Below are positions 1-9,713 of a DNA stretch of 64,000 nt, piece by piece. The translations under genes were made by a program, and so were the position numbers. The stretch lies in assembly GCA_037968815.1 (NCBI GenBank), contig JBBKWF010000012.1:20384-84383 (forward strand), in the 5' to 3' direction. Source of the DNA: Pelobium sp. Lineage in GTDB: Bacteria; Bacteroidota; Bacteroidia; Sphingobacteriales; Sphingobacteriaceae. The notes beneath the pieces were generated by a model. The model saw only the letters and a list, made by a program, of their open reading frames with translations. It did no database searches and had not been told where the DNA came from. The stretch's first letter is position 1; each line of letters opens with the position of its first letter.

Positions 1-1
1 A

Positions 2-193
2 TTAGGTCGGTTTAAAACCAATTTAACAGACTTTAATGTGATATTAAATAAAGTACCTTCAGAAATATCAAATACAGCTATCGCGACTTCAGAAGGTCTG
101 TTTGATAAAGGAGATAACTTACATTTTAATACAGCAGGAGCTAATACTTTAGGTGAACGCTATGCAGCGCAAATGTTAGAGTTACAGAAGTAG
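2..193 (+). CDS. 3' end of a probable sialate O-acetylesterase / CE6-type SGNH esterase (partial, runs off window start)
   Basis: Frame 2 is open from the window edge: ...EGLFDKGDNLHFNTAGANTLGERYAAQMLELQK* (TAG 191-193). D-x-x-HF...G...LG-x-RYA resembles the SASA/CE6 C-terminus. Not in the ORF track. Confidence 0.6.
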   Translation, partial: LGRFKTNLTDFNVILNKVPSEISNTAIATSEGLFDKGDNLHFNTAGANTLGERYAAQMLELQK

Positions 194-217
194 TAATTTT
201 TAGAAAACTTGTTAAGT

Positions 218-260
218 AAAAAGCATGAATTGATTTAACTAAATCAATTCATGCTTTTTT
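218..260. terminator. Bidirectional intrinsic terminator
   Basis: Long inverted repeat aaaaagcatgaattgattta-ac-taaatcaattcatgcttttt between convergent genes. Confidence 0.85.
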
Positions 261-367
261 ATTTTTAATTATTTAAGAGTAATTAAAGATTTATGCAGGA
301 TGCGCAAACTCTAGATTGTTGTTGTTTAAAAGATTTAAGTAATAAACATAAAACAATACTTAATAGC

Positions 368-919
368 TTATAGTTTTTTGATCACCTTAGCAGGGTTGCC
401 AACTGCCATTGAATTATCTGGAACATCCTTTGTTACAACAGAACCTGCACCAATTACGCAGTTGTTACCTATGGTTATGCCGGGCAAAATAATACTTCCT
501 CCACCAACCCAAACATCATTGCCAATAGTAATTGGCTTCCCAAACTCATCTGTTTTTCGCAAGTCTTTATCAATAGGGTGGGCGGCAGTGTAAAGCTGAA
601 CACCGGGAGCAAACATTACATCGTTACCAATAGTAACCTTTGCCACATCTAGTACCACACAATTAACATTAAAGTAAACACGTTCGCCACAACTAATATT
701 GTAGCCGTAATCGCAATGGAAAGGTGGTTCAATATATAAGCCTTTAGAAGCATTTGGAATAAGGTCCCTAATAACCTGTTTTGCGGTTTTTGTAACTAGG
801 TATTCAGTTATATTTAGCTGTCTTAGCATACGCTTAGCACTTCTTCGGTCTTTAACCAGTTGCTCGTCGTTGGCGTTATAAAGCTCGCCGGCTATCATTT
901 TCTCTTTTTCTGTTTTCAT
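368..919 (-). CDS. maa: Sugar (maltose/galactoside) O-acetyltransferase
   Basis: N-terminal 'TEKEKMIAGELY' Mac domain, 'IEPPFHCDYGYNI', hexapeptide repeats, C-terminal 'GNPAKVIK'. Confidence 0.9.
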   Translation of the reverse strand: MKTEKEKMIAGELYNANDEQLVKDRRSAKRMLRQLNITEYLVTKTAKQVIRDLIPNASKGLYIEPPFHCDYGYNISCGERVYFNVNCVVLDVAKVTIGNDVMFAPGVQLYTAAHPIDKDLRKTDEFGKPITIGNDVWVGGGSIILPGITIGNNCVIGAGSVVTKDVPDNSMAVGNPAKVIKKL

Positions 920-933
920 TATTTTATACTTAT

Positions 934-969
934 AAAAAAAACGGAAACAGCTTAGCCATTTCCGTTTTT
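934..969 (-). terminator. Intrinsic terminator after the MlaD-family gene
   Basis: Minus strand aaaacggaaatggc-taa-gctgtttccg followed by a T run. Confidence 0.7.
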
Positions 970-991
970 CTAAATCAGGCTAGAGCCTTTT

Positions 992-1936
992 TTAATCTTT
1001 TCTTCCGCCAAAAACTGAAAAACTTACGTAACGCTTAGGGTTTGCCTTAACATCAATCATTAAGTTATCTAAATTTTTTGCTGAGTTATTCAAATTATCA
1101 TATAGCTTACTATCGTTTAATAAAAGAGAGATAGAGCCCGTACCATCGTTTATTTTATTTACTGCAATTTGCAATTCGGTAACGGCTTTATTAGCATTTT
1201 CAATAGTAGTTTGAATTTGTGTTTTAGCTAACTGATTAGAAAACGAATCCATATTGTTCATAATGGAAGTAATCCGTTGATTATTGTTTTTTAAATTTGT
1301 AGAAATTGACTCAGCATTAGCTAATATCACATCAATTCTTCTTGATTGTATGCTTACTGTACCATCAACGGTTTTAGATGTTGACTCTAAAGTTTCCAGC
1401 GTTCTTGCAATACTTGCAAAGCTTCTGTTGATGTTTTTTTGAAATTCTGGATTAAGTATAGTGTTAACAGAAGTTAATAAGGAGTCTAGTTTGGCAATAA
1501 TTACCTGTGCTTTCTTTTGTACGGGCTCTACTTTTTCTAAAAGGTTAGCCTGCACATTTGCGTTCAATGTATCACCATCTATAGCATACTTTAAACTGTT
1601 TCCTAAATCAAAAATCACAGCCTTACTTCCCAGCAAATCAGTGCTTTCTAAGCGGGCAATGGTGTTTTTTGGGATTGCATATTGTGGGTCAATTTTAAAT
1701 TGAACTAAAATTTGTCCATTTTCTTGTAGAGTAAGTGCAGAAACACGCCCCACTTGATAGCCGTTTACCAATACCGGTTTTGATACTGCTAATCCATCTA
1801 CCTTATCGTATTGTGCATAAAACTCATTTTCGCTTGAAAAGATATCGTTTCCTTTCAAAAAATTGTAGCCAACAATAAATATTGCTATTGCTAGGGCGGC
1901 TAAAATACCGACTTTGGTTTCGTTAGAGATTTTCAA
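992..1936 (-). CDS. MlaD/MCE-family protein
   Basis: N-terminal TM helix, MCE motif 'GLAVSKPVLVNGYQVGRV', long helical C-terminus, 'NPKRYV' end. TTG start. Confidence 0.88.
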   Translation of the reverse strand: MKISNETKVGILAALAIAIFIVGYNFLKGNDIFSSENEFYAQYDKVDGLAVSKPVLVNGYQVGRVSALTLQENGQILVQFKIDPQYAIPKNTIARLESTDLLGSKAVIFDLGNSLKYAIDGDTLNANVQANLLEKVEPVQKKAQVIIAKLDSLLTSVNTILNPEFQKNINRSFASIARTLETLESTSKTVDGTVSIQSRRIDVILANAESISTNLKNNNQRITSIMNNMDSFSNQLAKTQIQTTIENANKAVTELQIAVNKINDGTGSISLLLNDSKLYDNLNNSAKNLDNLMIDVKANPKRYVSFSVFGGRKD

Positions 1937-1971
1937 ATGGAATTAATTTAGTTATACTTTTATTTAAAATA

Positions 1972-2832
1972 TTAATTTTCTACAAGCTTTTTGTACCTGG
2001 TAATTGCAGTTAAAATATTGTTTACAATTTCAGCCTGCCCTGCTTCAGAGTTCATGTATTTTTCTTCTGCTGGATTGCTAATAAAGCCTATTTCTGTTAG
2101 AATTGCTGGCATACCGGCTCTTTGCAAAACAGCTAATCCTTGTTCTTTAACACCTCTGTCAACTCTGCCCGACTTTGTGTATTCTTCCTGCAGTAATGAT
2201 GCCAATTTTATACTCTGGTCTCTAAAAGCGTTTTTCATCAAAGAAAAAATAATATAACTTTCTGGGTCGTTAGGGTCAAAGCCGTCATAATTGCTTTTGT
2301 AATCTTTCTCTAAAAGTATGGATGCATTCTCTCTAATAGCTACATCCTGTTCACCCAATCGGTTAAAACCGGCCACAAAGGTTTCGGTACCTCTAGTGTC
2401 TGGATTTGGGATGCTTTTATATACAGCTTTACCGTTTACAATAAAACGTCGCCTAACCAACGGCATAGAGTTACAGTGTATAGATATAAAAATATCGGCT
2501 TTTTCCTTGTTTGCTAGCTTTATACGTTCGTAAAGTTGCGGATATGAATCATCTGTACGGGTGTAAAAAACTTTTACATCAGGTAAGTTTTTCTCAATTG
2601 CTTTACCTAGCTTTAGGGATACTTCAAGAGCAACTGCTTTTTCGGTAGAGAATGCACCACGGGTTGTACCGTCTTTGCCACCATGTCCAGCGTCAATTAC
2701 AATAATTTTAATTTTCGAACCTGTGGATAAATAATTTTTTCCATCATGGGATTTAAGGGAACTAAATAGTAAGAAACTAAAAGTTGTTAGTATTAAACAT
2801 TTAATAAACCTTCTTGATGTTGTAATTTTCAT
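1972..2832 (-). CDS. N-acetylmuramoyl-L-alanine amidase (Amidase_3)
   Basis: 'IVIDAGHGGKD', 'EK', 'FISIHCNS', 'MPAILTEIGFISN' zinc-amidase motifs. Confidence 0.93.
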   Translation of the reverse strand: MKITTSRRFIKCLILTTFSFLLFSSLKSHDGKNYLSTGSKIKIIVIDAGHGGKDGTTRGAFSTEKAVALEVSLKLGKAIEKNLPDVKVFYTRTDDSYPQLYERIKLANKEKADIFISIHCNSMPLVRRRFIVNGKAVYKSIPNPDTRGTETFVAGFNRLGEQDVAIRENASILLEKDYKSNYDGFDPNDPESYIIFSLMKNAFRDQSIKLASLLQEEYTKSGRVDRGVKEQGLAVLQRAGMPAILTEIGFISNPAEEKYMNSEAGQAEIVNNILTAITRYKKLVEN

Positions 2833-2883
2833 TAATTTTGGGCGTTTTTTGATAACCGTTGCTTACAAAAATATTATTCTTAT

Positions 2884-5535
2884 TTGATTTTGAAATTTAA
2901 CTATATATTTTTTACATGTGCCTTACTATTTGTAAACATTAGTACAAAAGCCAATGCTTTTTTTCAGCAAGATACACTAAAAAATATAGCAGTAGTAGCT
3001 GATAGTACTACTCTTATTAAAACGGATAGCGTTGAAAAAAAGTCTAAAAAGGGAGAAATTACTGATGTTATAAAAGCAGTAGCTTCCGATTCGTCTTTTT
3101 ACGATGTCAAAGATAACGTAATGTACCTTTTTGGGAATGCAAGAATTACCTATGGTGACGCTCAGGTTGATGCGGGTTACATAAAAGTTAATTATAAGGA
3201 CAATACTATTTTTGCAAAAGGCACAACAGATTCTTTAGGCCGTTTTTCTGGCCTACCAATTTTCAAAGATCCATCACAAGGTGCTTTAACCGCCGATTCG
3301 GTGTTTTATAATTTTAAGACTGCAAAAGGAAAGATTTTTCAGGTTTATACCGACCAAGATGGTGGTTATATTACTGGTGGAAAAATAAAAAAGCAAGAAA
3401 ATGATGAAGTACACATGAAAAATGTGATTTACTCCACTTGTGATTTACCTTCGCCACACCAACATTTTGGTATTGTGATAACAAAAGGGATAGCTACAAA
3501 AAATCAGATTGTAACTGGTCCCGCCTATATGGTAATTGAAGATGTTCCGTTGCCCTTTATTCTGCCTTTCGGGTTTTTTCCAAAACCTAATAAAAGAGCG
3601 TCTGGTATTATGTTGCCTACAGTTGGTGAGGATGCTACTTTAGGCTTCTTTTTACGTGATTTTGGTTACTATATTGGTTTAAATGATTATTGGGATTTAA
3701 CTTTAAAAGGAGGGGTTTACTCAAAAGGTTCTTACGAAGCTAATGCCGCCAGTCGGTACACTAAACGCTATAAATACAGTGGTAACTTATATTTATCTTA
3801 CTCTTCGCGTAAATATGGTGTTGAAGGTACTGAAGAGTTTGAAAACCCCACAAAAGATTTTACCATCAGATGGTCGCATCAACAAAATGCAAATGCCCGT
3901 CCGGGAACTAATTTTGGTGCGTCTGTTAACGCAAGTACTAGAGGAGCATACAGAAATGTGCCGGGCTACAGCTATCAACAAATTGTACAAAACCAATTAA
4001 GCTCCAGTGTATCCTACAGTAAAAACTGGGCAAACACGCCTTTTAGTTTAACCACAGCATTAACGCATAGTCAAGATTTATCAACGGGTACAGTTTCTCT
4101 TAGCTTACCAAGTTTGAATTTTAGCATGAGTACTTTAAATCCTTTTGATACAAAGGAACGTGTTGGAGAACAAAAATGGTATCAGCGAATTGCGGTAGGT
4201 TACTCTATGCAGGCAGATAACCAATTAAGTACTTTCGACTCATTGTTGTTTAAAAGCGAAAGTTTAAGAAGACTACGTAGCGGTGTTCAGCATAATATTC
4301 CGGTTTCCATGTCGTCTAAGGTTTTAAAATACTTTCAGTTTAGCCAAAGTGTCAATTATAGCGAAAAATGGTATTTCCAAACTATCAGAAAGCAATACAT
4401 CGCCAGACCAACCTCTACCGGAACAATAGATTCAACCGCAATTGATACCATTCCAGGTTTTAGAAGAGCATCAGAGTACAGTGTGGGCGGAAGTTTAAGT
4501 ACGAAAATTTACGGGATGGTCAACTTTAAAAAAGGGAAAGTGATGGCCGTTAGGCATGTGCTTACCCCAAATGTTGGTTTTTCTTATCGTCCAGATTTTG
4601 GGCAAGAGAAATTTGGCTATTACGATAGCTTACAGGTTAATCAATACGGAGATATGCGAGCTTACTCAATCTTTGAAAATAGTTTGTATGGAGGGCCTGG
4701 GAACGGTAAAAGTGCAGCGATAAACTTCGGGTTGGATAATAATATTGAGGTGAAAGTGCGGAGTTCAAAGGATACAACTAACAACGGTGTTAAAAAGATT
4801 CCAATTTTGCAGGGTTTATCCATCAACGGGTCGTACAATTTTGTTGCTGATAGTATGAAACTTTCGCAATTGAGCTTTGGCGGAAGGACGTTTTTTACTG
4901 AAAAATTGGGTGTTAGTTTTTCTGGATCTTTAAATCCGTATGTTTTTTATAAAGAAACCGTAAGTGGTAGGGTAGAAGGTAGAGATATCAATAGATATAC
5001 ATGGGAGGACGGAAAACTACCTCGTTTAACCAATTTTAATTTTTCTTTTGATTATAGCTTAAACTCTAGCTCGCTTGGTAAAAATAACAAGGCTAATAAT
5101 CCGCCACCACAGGGCAGTAATAACGATTTGTTTAATAAAGTTAATGCACAACAGGCAGAACAGTTACAGCAAATCAGCAGAAATGCCAATGCCTTTGTTG
5201 ACTTTAATGTGCCTTGGAACCTAAGCTTTTACTATAATTTTAATTACTCAAACAGTGGCCTAACAAAACAGTTGGTACAAACTTTAAACGCTAATGGCGA
5301 TTTTAATTTAACGCCAAAATGGAAGGTGCAGTTTAATACCGGTTACGATTTTAATAACAACGCCATCAGTTTAACTTCTTTCTCTATCTACAGAGATTTA
5401 CATTGCTGGGATATGTCTGTTAGGTGGATTCCTTTCGGTCCTTACCAGAGTTATAGTGTGGATTTAAGGGTTAAATCGTCTATTTTACAGGATTTAAAAC
5501 TGAGTAAACGAAGAGAATACTATAATCAATTTTAA
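2884..5535 (+). CDS. lptD: Putative LPS-assembly protein LptD (Bacteroidota type)
   Basis: Signal peptide, OstA-like N-domain ('MYLFGNARITYGD'), 'STCDL..PH', beta-barrel C-terminus with 'RDLHCW'. Confidence 0.85.
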   Translation: MILKFNYIFFTCALLFVNISTKANAFFQQDTLKNIAVVADSTTLIKTDSVEKKSKKGEITDVIKAVASDSSFYDVKDNVMYLFGNARITYGDAQVDAGYIKVNYKDNTIFAKGTTDSLGRFSGLPIFKDPSQGALTADSVFYNFKTAKGKIFQVYTDQDGGYITGGKIKKQENDEVHMKNVIYSTCDLPSPHQHFGIVITKGIATKNQIVTGPAYMVIEDVPLPFILPFGFFPKPNKRASGIMLPTVGEDATLGFFLRDFGYYIGLNDYWDLTLKGGVYSKGSYEANAASRYTKRYKYSGNLYLSYSSRKYGVEGTEEFENPTKDFTIRWSHQQNANARPGTNFGASVNASTRGAYRNVPGYSYQQIVQNQLSSSVSYSKNWANTPFSLTTALTHSQDLSTGTVSLSLPSLNFSMSTLNPFDTKERVGEQKWYQRIAVGYSMQADNQLSTFDSLLFKSESLRRLRSGVQHNIPVSMSSKVLKYFQFSQSVNYSEKWYFQTIRKQYIARPTSTGTIDSTAIDTIPGFRRASEYSVGGSLSTKIYGMVNFKKGKVMAVRHVLTPNVGFSYRPDFGQEKFGYYDSLQVNQYGDMRAYSIFENSLYGGPGNGKSAAINFGLDNNIEVKVRSSKDTTNNGVKKIPILQGLSINGSYNFVADSMKLSQLSFGGRTFFTEKLGVSFSGSLNPYVFYKETVSGRVEGRDINRYTWEDGKLPRLTNFNFSFDYSLNSSSLGKNNKANNPPPQGSNNDLFNKVNAQQAEQLQQISRNANAFVDFNVPWNLSFYYNFNYSNSGLTKQLVQTLNANGDFNLTPKWKVQFNTGYDFNNNAISLTSFSIYRDLHCWDMSVRWIPFGPYQSYSVDLRVKSSILQDLKLSKRREYYNQF

Positions 5536-5538
5536 TTT

Positions 5539-6786
5539 ATGCATGCAGAGCTAATTACCATAGGTGATGAAATTTTAATCGGGCAAATTGTTGATACCAA
5601 CTCTGCTTGGATGGCAACTGAGCTCAATAAAATTGGCATAAAAATAAAGCAGATTAGCTCTGTTTCTGATGATGTTGAACATATTTTAGAAGCTTTGGCT
5701 GAAGCGGAGAGTCGGGCAGACTTAATTTTGATTACGGGAGGTTTAGGTCCGACAAAAGACGATATTACCAAAAAAACTTTAGCAAAATATTTTAATTCCG
5801 ATGATTATGTGTTACATGAGCCTACTTTGCAAATAGTAGAGCACTTATTTGCAAAATATAACCGTCCATTGTTAGAGGTAAATAAACAGCAAGCAATGGT
5901 TCCGTCAATTTGCGAAGTAATATTAAACGAGCAAGGGACTGCACCAGCAATGCTTTTTAGAAAAGGGCAGAAGATGTTTATTTCAATGCCCGGAGTACCT
6001 TATGAGATGAAAAATATCATGTGTAGCTCGGTAATTCCATTGATTCAGAAAACTTATAACTTACCAGCGGTATATCATCAAACGATTTTAACTGCCGGTG
6101 TTGGCGAATCTTTTTTAGCGGAAATTTTAGAACCTATTGAAGATAGCTTGCCAAGTGATATTAAGCTAGCTTATTTACCAAAGTTGGGTTCGGTAAGGTT
6201 ACGTTTAAGTACTACTGAACATGCTTCAGAAACCTTGATGAAAGAAGTTGATTCTTTTGTAGATAAGATTACGGATGCAGTTCCGGATTACTGGATTGCA
6301 AAAGAAGACTTGCCCATAGAAAAAGTGATTTTAAACCTGATGCAAGAAAAGTCACTGACTTTATCTGTTGCGGAAAGTTGCACTGGTGGCGAAATTTCAA
6401 AAACTATTACGCAACACGCTGGCTGTTCATCGGTTTTTGTAGGTGGTGGCATTACTTATTCAAATAAATTGAAATCCAAAGTGCTGGGTGTTAATACCGA
6501 AACATTGGAAGCTTTTGGTGCCGTAAGTGAGGAAACCGTAAAGGAAATGGCAAAAGGTGCAATTATAAACTTTGAATCTGATTACAGCGTAGCCGTAAGT
6601 GGTGTAGCAGGCCCCGACGGAGGAACAGAAGAAAAGCCGGTAGGCACAGTTTGGATTGCAGTTGCAAATAAAAATAAGGTGATTGCTAAGAGGTTTACAT
6701 TCGGCAATAAACGGATTCAAAATATTGAAAGAGCCACTATGGCCGCTTTTACGCTTTTGTTTAGCCTATTAAAAGCTGAAGGTTAA
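5539..6786 (+). CDS. cinA: Competence/damage-inducible CinA (MoCF domain + NMN amidohydrolase)
   Basis: 'IGDEILIGQIVDTN', 'TGGLGPTKDDIT', 'MPGVPYEM', C-terminal 'AESCTGG' and 'SGVAGPDGG'. Confidence 0.93.
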   Translation: MHAELITIGDEILIGQIVDTNSAWMATELNKIGIKIKQISSVSDDVEHILEALAEAESRADLILITGGLGPTKDDITKKTLAKYFNSDDYVLHEPTLQIVEHLFAKYNRPLLEVNKQQAMVPSICEVILNEQGTAPAMLFRKGQKMFISMPGVPYEMKNIMCSSVIPLIQKTYNLPAVYHQTILTAGVGESFLAEILEPIEDSLPSDIKLAYLPKLGSVRLRLSTTEHASETLMKEVDSFVDKITDAVPDYWIAKEDLPIEKVILNLMQEKSLTLSVAESCTGGEISKTITQHAGCSSVFVGGGITYSNKLKSKVLGVNTETLEAFGAVSEETVKEMAKGAIINFESDYSVAVSGVAGPDGGTEEKPVGTVWIAVANKNKVIAKRFTFGNKRIQNIERATMAAFTLLFSLLKAEG

Positions 6787-6904
6787 ACTTGTTCTGTTTT
6801 AAATACTTTATAATCAGGTATTACAAATACTAACTTCAAGCTCTTTTAAATGGTTTTATCCAAAAAACTATTGTTTATTTTTAGGCTAAAAGGCATTATA
6901 TTAT

Positions 6905-6912
6905 TAATTTTG
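6905..6912 (+). promoter_or_regulatory. Candidate Bacteroidota -7 promoter element (TAATTTTG)
   Basis: Matches TAnnTTTG 22 nt upstream of the E2 start; no clear -33 element. Confidence 0.4.
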
Positions 6913-6934
6913 ATTTTAAACTTATATAAAATCC

Positions 6935-8296
6935 ATGGCTCAATTTGAACTTTTATTACCCAAAATGGGGGAAAGCGTTGCAGAAGCAACGGTTATTAAA
7001 TGGGCTAAACAACCTGGAGACCAAATAGATGTTGATGATGTTGTTTTGGAAATTGCCACTGATAAGGTAGATTCTGAAGTTCCTTCGCCTGTTAAAGGTA
7101 AATTAGTGGAACAACGTTTTCAAGAAAATGATGTTGCACAGGTTGGTGATGTTATAGCAATTATAGATGTTGAAGGTGATTCAAACACAAACAATGTTGT
7201 AAAAGAAGAAATAAACTCAAGCCCACAAGCGGAGGAAGTTAAAGTAGATGATATTCCTTATTTGCCAGAAACAGGTGTCGAGGAAACTGAAGAAATAGAA
7301 CATGACTTTTCAAAATCAGATAAGTTCTATTCGCCACTTGTGAAAAGTATTGCACAAGAAGAAAACATTAGCGTTGCAGAATTAGACAAGGTAGAAGGCA
7401 CTGGGAATGAAGGTAGAGTAACAAAAGATGATTTATTAAATTATATCAAGAGCCAAGGGACTCAAAACCCACAGGCCGATACCACTGCTACGCCAATAGA
7501 GACTAAGTCAGAAAAAGTAACTGAAGAACCTGCGGTAATAGTGCCAAAAGCTCAAGTTGCGCCTCAGGTTACTTCAAGCAAACCAATGACTGATGAGATC
7601 ATTGAGATGGACCGGATGCGTAAGGTAATTGCAGAACACATGATTAGCAGTAAAGAAACTGCGGCTCATGTAACTTCTTTTGTTGAAGCTGATGTAACCA
7701 ATTTAGTTTTATGGAGAGAGCGAGTTAAAGGCGCTTTTGAAAAACGAGAGGGTGAAAAAATAACATTTACGCCAATTTTTGTCGAGGCTGTTGCTAAGGC
7801 AATTAAAGATATGCCAATGATAAATATCTCGTTAAATGGCAATCAAATCATTAAGAAAAAAGATATTAATATTGGAATGGCTGCAGCCTTACCCAGTGGG
7901 AACTTAATTGTTCCGGTTATAAAAAATGCAGATCAATTAAACTTAGTGGGTTTAACTAAAGCGGTAAATGACTTAGCAAAAAGAGCTAGAGGTAATAAAT
8001 TACAGCCAGATGAAATAAAAGGAGGGACTTTTACCTTAACCAATATTGGTGGTTTTGGTAATATTATGGGTACGCCTATTATTAATCAGCCACAAGTTGC
8101 AATTCTTGCTGTTGGAGCCATAAAAAAGAAACCTGCAGTTTTAGAAACGGAGTATGGCGATGTAATTGCAATTAGACACATGATGTACCTTTCTCTTTCT
8201 TATGATCATAGAATTGTAGATGGTTCTTTAGGAGGTAGTTTTGTGAAACGAGTTGCCGATTACTTAGAACAGTGGGATGCCAATAGAGAGGTGTAA
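6935..8296 (+). CDS. 2-oxoacid dehydrogenase E2 (dihydrolipoamide acyltransferase, probably branched-chain type)
   Basis: Lipoyl domain 'DKVDSEV', E3-binding 'GTGNEGRVTKDD', catalytic 'YDHRIVDG'. Confidence 0.92.
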   Translation: MAQFELLLPKMGESVAEATVIKWAKQPGDQIDVDDVVLEIATDKVDSEVPSPVKGKLVEQRFQENDVAQVGDVIAIIDVEGDSNTNNVVKEEINSSPQAEEVKVDDIPYLPETGVEETEEIEHDFSKSDKFYSPLVKSIAQEENISVAELDKVEGTGNEGRVTKDDLLNYIKSQGTQNPQADTTATPIETKSEKVTEEPAVIVPKAQVAPQVTSSKPMTDEIIEMDRMRKVIAEHMISSKETAAHVTSFVEADVTNLVLWRERVKGAFEKREGEKITFTPIFVEAVAKAIKDMPMINISLNGNQIIKKKDINIGMAAALPSGNLIVPVIKNADQLNLVGLTKAVNDLAKRARGNKLQPDEIKGGTFTLTNIGGFGNIMGTPIINQPQVAILAVGAIKKKPAVLETEYGDVIAIRHMMYLSLSYDHRIVDGSLGGSFVKRVADYLEQWDANREV

Positions 8297-8349
8297 ATTG
8301 CTGAAAGGATAAAACACCAAACTTAAATCCAAAATTTATATAAATAAAA

Positions 8350-8382
8350 AACGGGCTATTTCTGATGAAGAAATAGCCCGTT
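8350..8382. terminator. Bidirectional terminator
   Basis: aacgggctatttc-tgatgaa-gaaatagcccgtt between convergent genes. Confidence 0.8.
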
Positions 8383-8402
8383 CCTTTTAAGAAAACAGAA
8401 AA

Positions 8403-8762
8403 TTAATTCTCTGTTTTTGCTGCTTTAGCAGCTGCAGCTTGTGCTTTTAATTCTTTAGCTTTAGCTTTTTGCTCATCATTTAAAGTAGCTTTTACAACAT
8501 CGTTGTACTTTTTGTTAACAACTTTCATTTCGTCTGCATCTGGCTTGTTACCTTCACCCGCAGCTTGTTTTAAAGCGTCAACAGCTTTGTTCTTTTCAAC
8601 CATTGCATTATAAATGGTTGCTTTTTGCTCTGCAGAAAGTGAAAGATTTGCTTCCATTACTTCTGTAGCTTTTGCTGCTCTTTGTTCAGCAGTTTTCTTT
8701 TGTGCAAAACCAGCAGTGCTTAGTGCAACAAAAAGAACAATTGATAAAATGTATTTTTTCAT
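8403..8762 (-). CDS. Small secreted helical protein (Spy/CpxP/LTXXQ-like)
   Basis: Signal peptide ending AGFA-Q; 'LSLSAEQKA' and 'LNDEQKAK' motifs; Ala/Lys-rich. Confidence 0.65.
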   Translation of the reverse strand: MKKYILSIVLFVALSTAGFAQKKTAEQRAAKATEVMEANLSLSAEQKATIYNAMVEKNKAVDALKQAAGEGNKPDADEMKVVNKKYNDVVKATLNDEQKAKAKELKAQAAAAKAAKTEN

Positions 8763-8823
8763 TTTTTATAAAGATTTATTTCCTTATGAGTTGTAAAAAT
8801 GAAAAAGGTTTAACGCGTTTAAA

Positions 8824-9600
8824 TTAATTTTTTTCTTGCTGTAATTGGCTAATTGAACGTTGCATTTGCGACATCATACTGGTTAAACTTTCCATAGTTG
8901 GTTCTGGTGTTGGCTGTGGCATTTCTGTAGAGATATAGCCCTTTGCTCTCCATATTTCCATGATTTCATTCGCAGTTATATAATAAGGATCATAGACCTG
9001 ATTGTCAGAAACTAATTTTAAACCTTTATCAGCTTTTATTTTAGAACCGATTCTTTTATATACTACTCCCTCGGTACTACTGATAATTACAGCGGTATCA
9101 CCAACTTTTAAATCATTCCAGTTTTCAACATACTCAGAAATAATGATTGAGCCTGACGGAAGAGGTAGCATAGAGTCTCCATTAATTTCAAACGCTCTAT
9201 AAGTACCTTGCTTAAAAATAGGTAAAGAGAACTTTGGCAATGCTGCTACATATTCAGGGTCACTATAGCCGTTTAAATATCCTGCGCTTGCTTTAACGGG
9301 CACTAATTCAATATTCTCGTTATCATCCTTATCAACCGTAATACTTAGTATACGGACGTTAGAACCATCGCCTTTTGGCTTGGGTTTCCATGTTGCATCA
9401 ATTTTTTCATTGATTAACTCGTCAATACTTAGTTCAAAAAAATCTGCAAACTTTTTTAGCAACTCATATTTTGGGTCGGCTCTTTCTTCTTCATAGGCAC
9501 CAACTAAAGACCGTTTAATGTCCATAGTGTCTGCAAACTGCTGTTGTGTTAGTCCTTTTTTCTTTCTAAGGAACTTAATGTTTTCTGATATTTTTCCCAT
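8824..9600 (-). CDS. XRE-HTH + S24 peptidase repressor (CI-like, non-canonical LexA)
   Basis: N-terminal HTH_3 ('LTQQQFADTMDIKRSLVGAYEE'), Ala-Gly cleavage site 'KASAGY', catalytic Ser 'GDSMLP' and Lys 'VVYKRI'. Confidence 0.88.
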   Translation of the reverse strand: MGKISENIKFLRKKKGLTQQQFADTMDIKRSLVGAYEEERADPKYELLKKFADFFELSIDELINEKIDATWKPKPKGDGSNVRILSITVDKDDNENIELVPVKASAGYLNGYSDPEYVAALPKFSLPIFKQGTYRAFEINGDSMLPLPSGSIIISEYVENWNDLKVGDTAVIISSTEGVVYKRIGSKIKADKGLKLVSDNQVYDPYYITANEIMEIWRAKGYISTEMPQPTPEPTMESLTSMMSQMQRSISQLQQEKN

Positions 9601-9620
9601 TTCAAAAAAATATTTGTTTT

Positions 9621-9660
9621 TACTAAAAATGTTAGTATTTTTATGCCAATAAAATTAGTA
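9621..9660. promoter_or_regulatory. Two palindromic operator sites (CTAA-N5-TTAG type)
   Basis: Perfect TACTAA-AAATG-TTAGTA at 9621-9637 and one-mismatch CCAA-TAAAA-TTAGTA at 9646-9660, in the divergent promoter of the S24 repressor. Confidence 0.7.
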
Positions 9661-9713
9661 ATTATTTTTGATTTAAGAAGAGGAATTTTAAATCATTTTT
9701 TAAACCGTATAAT

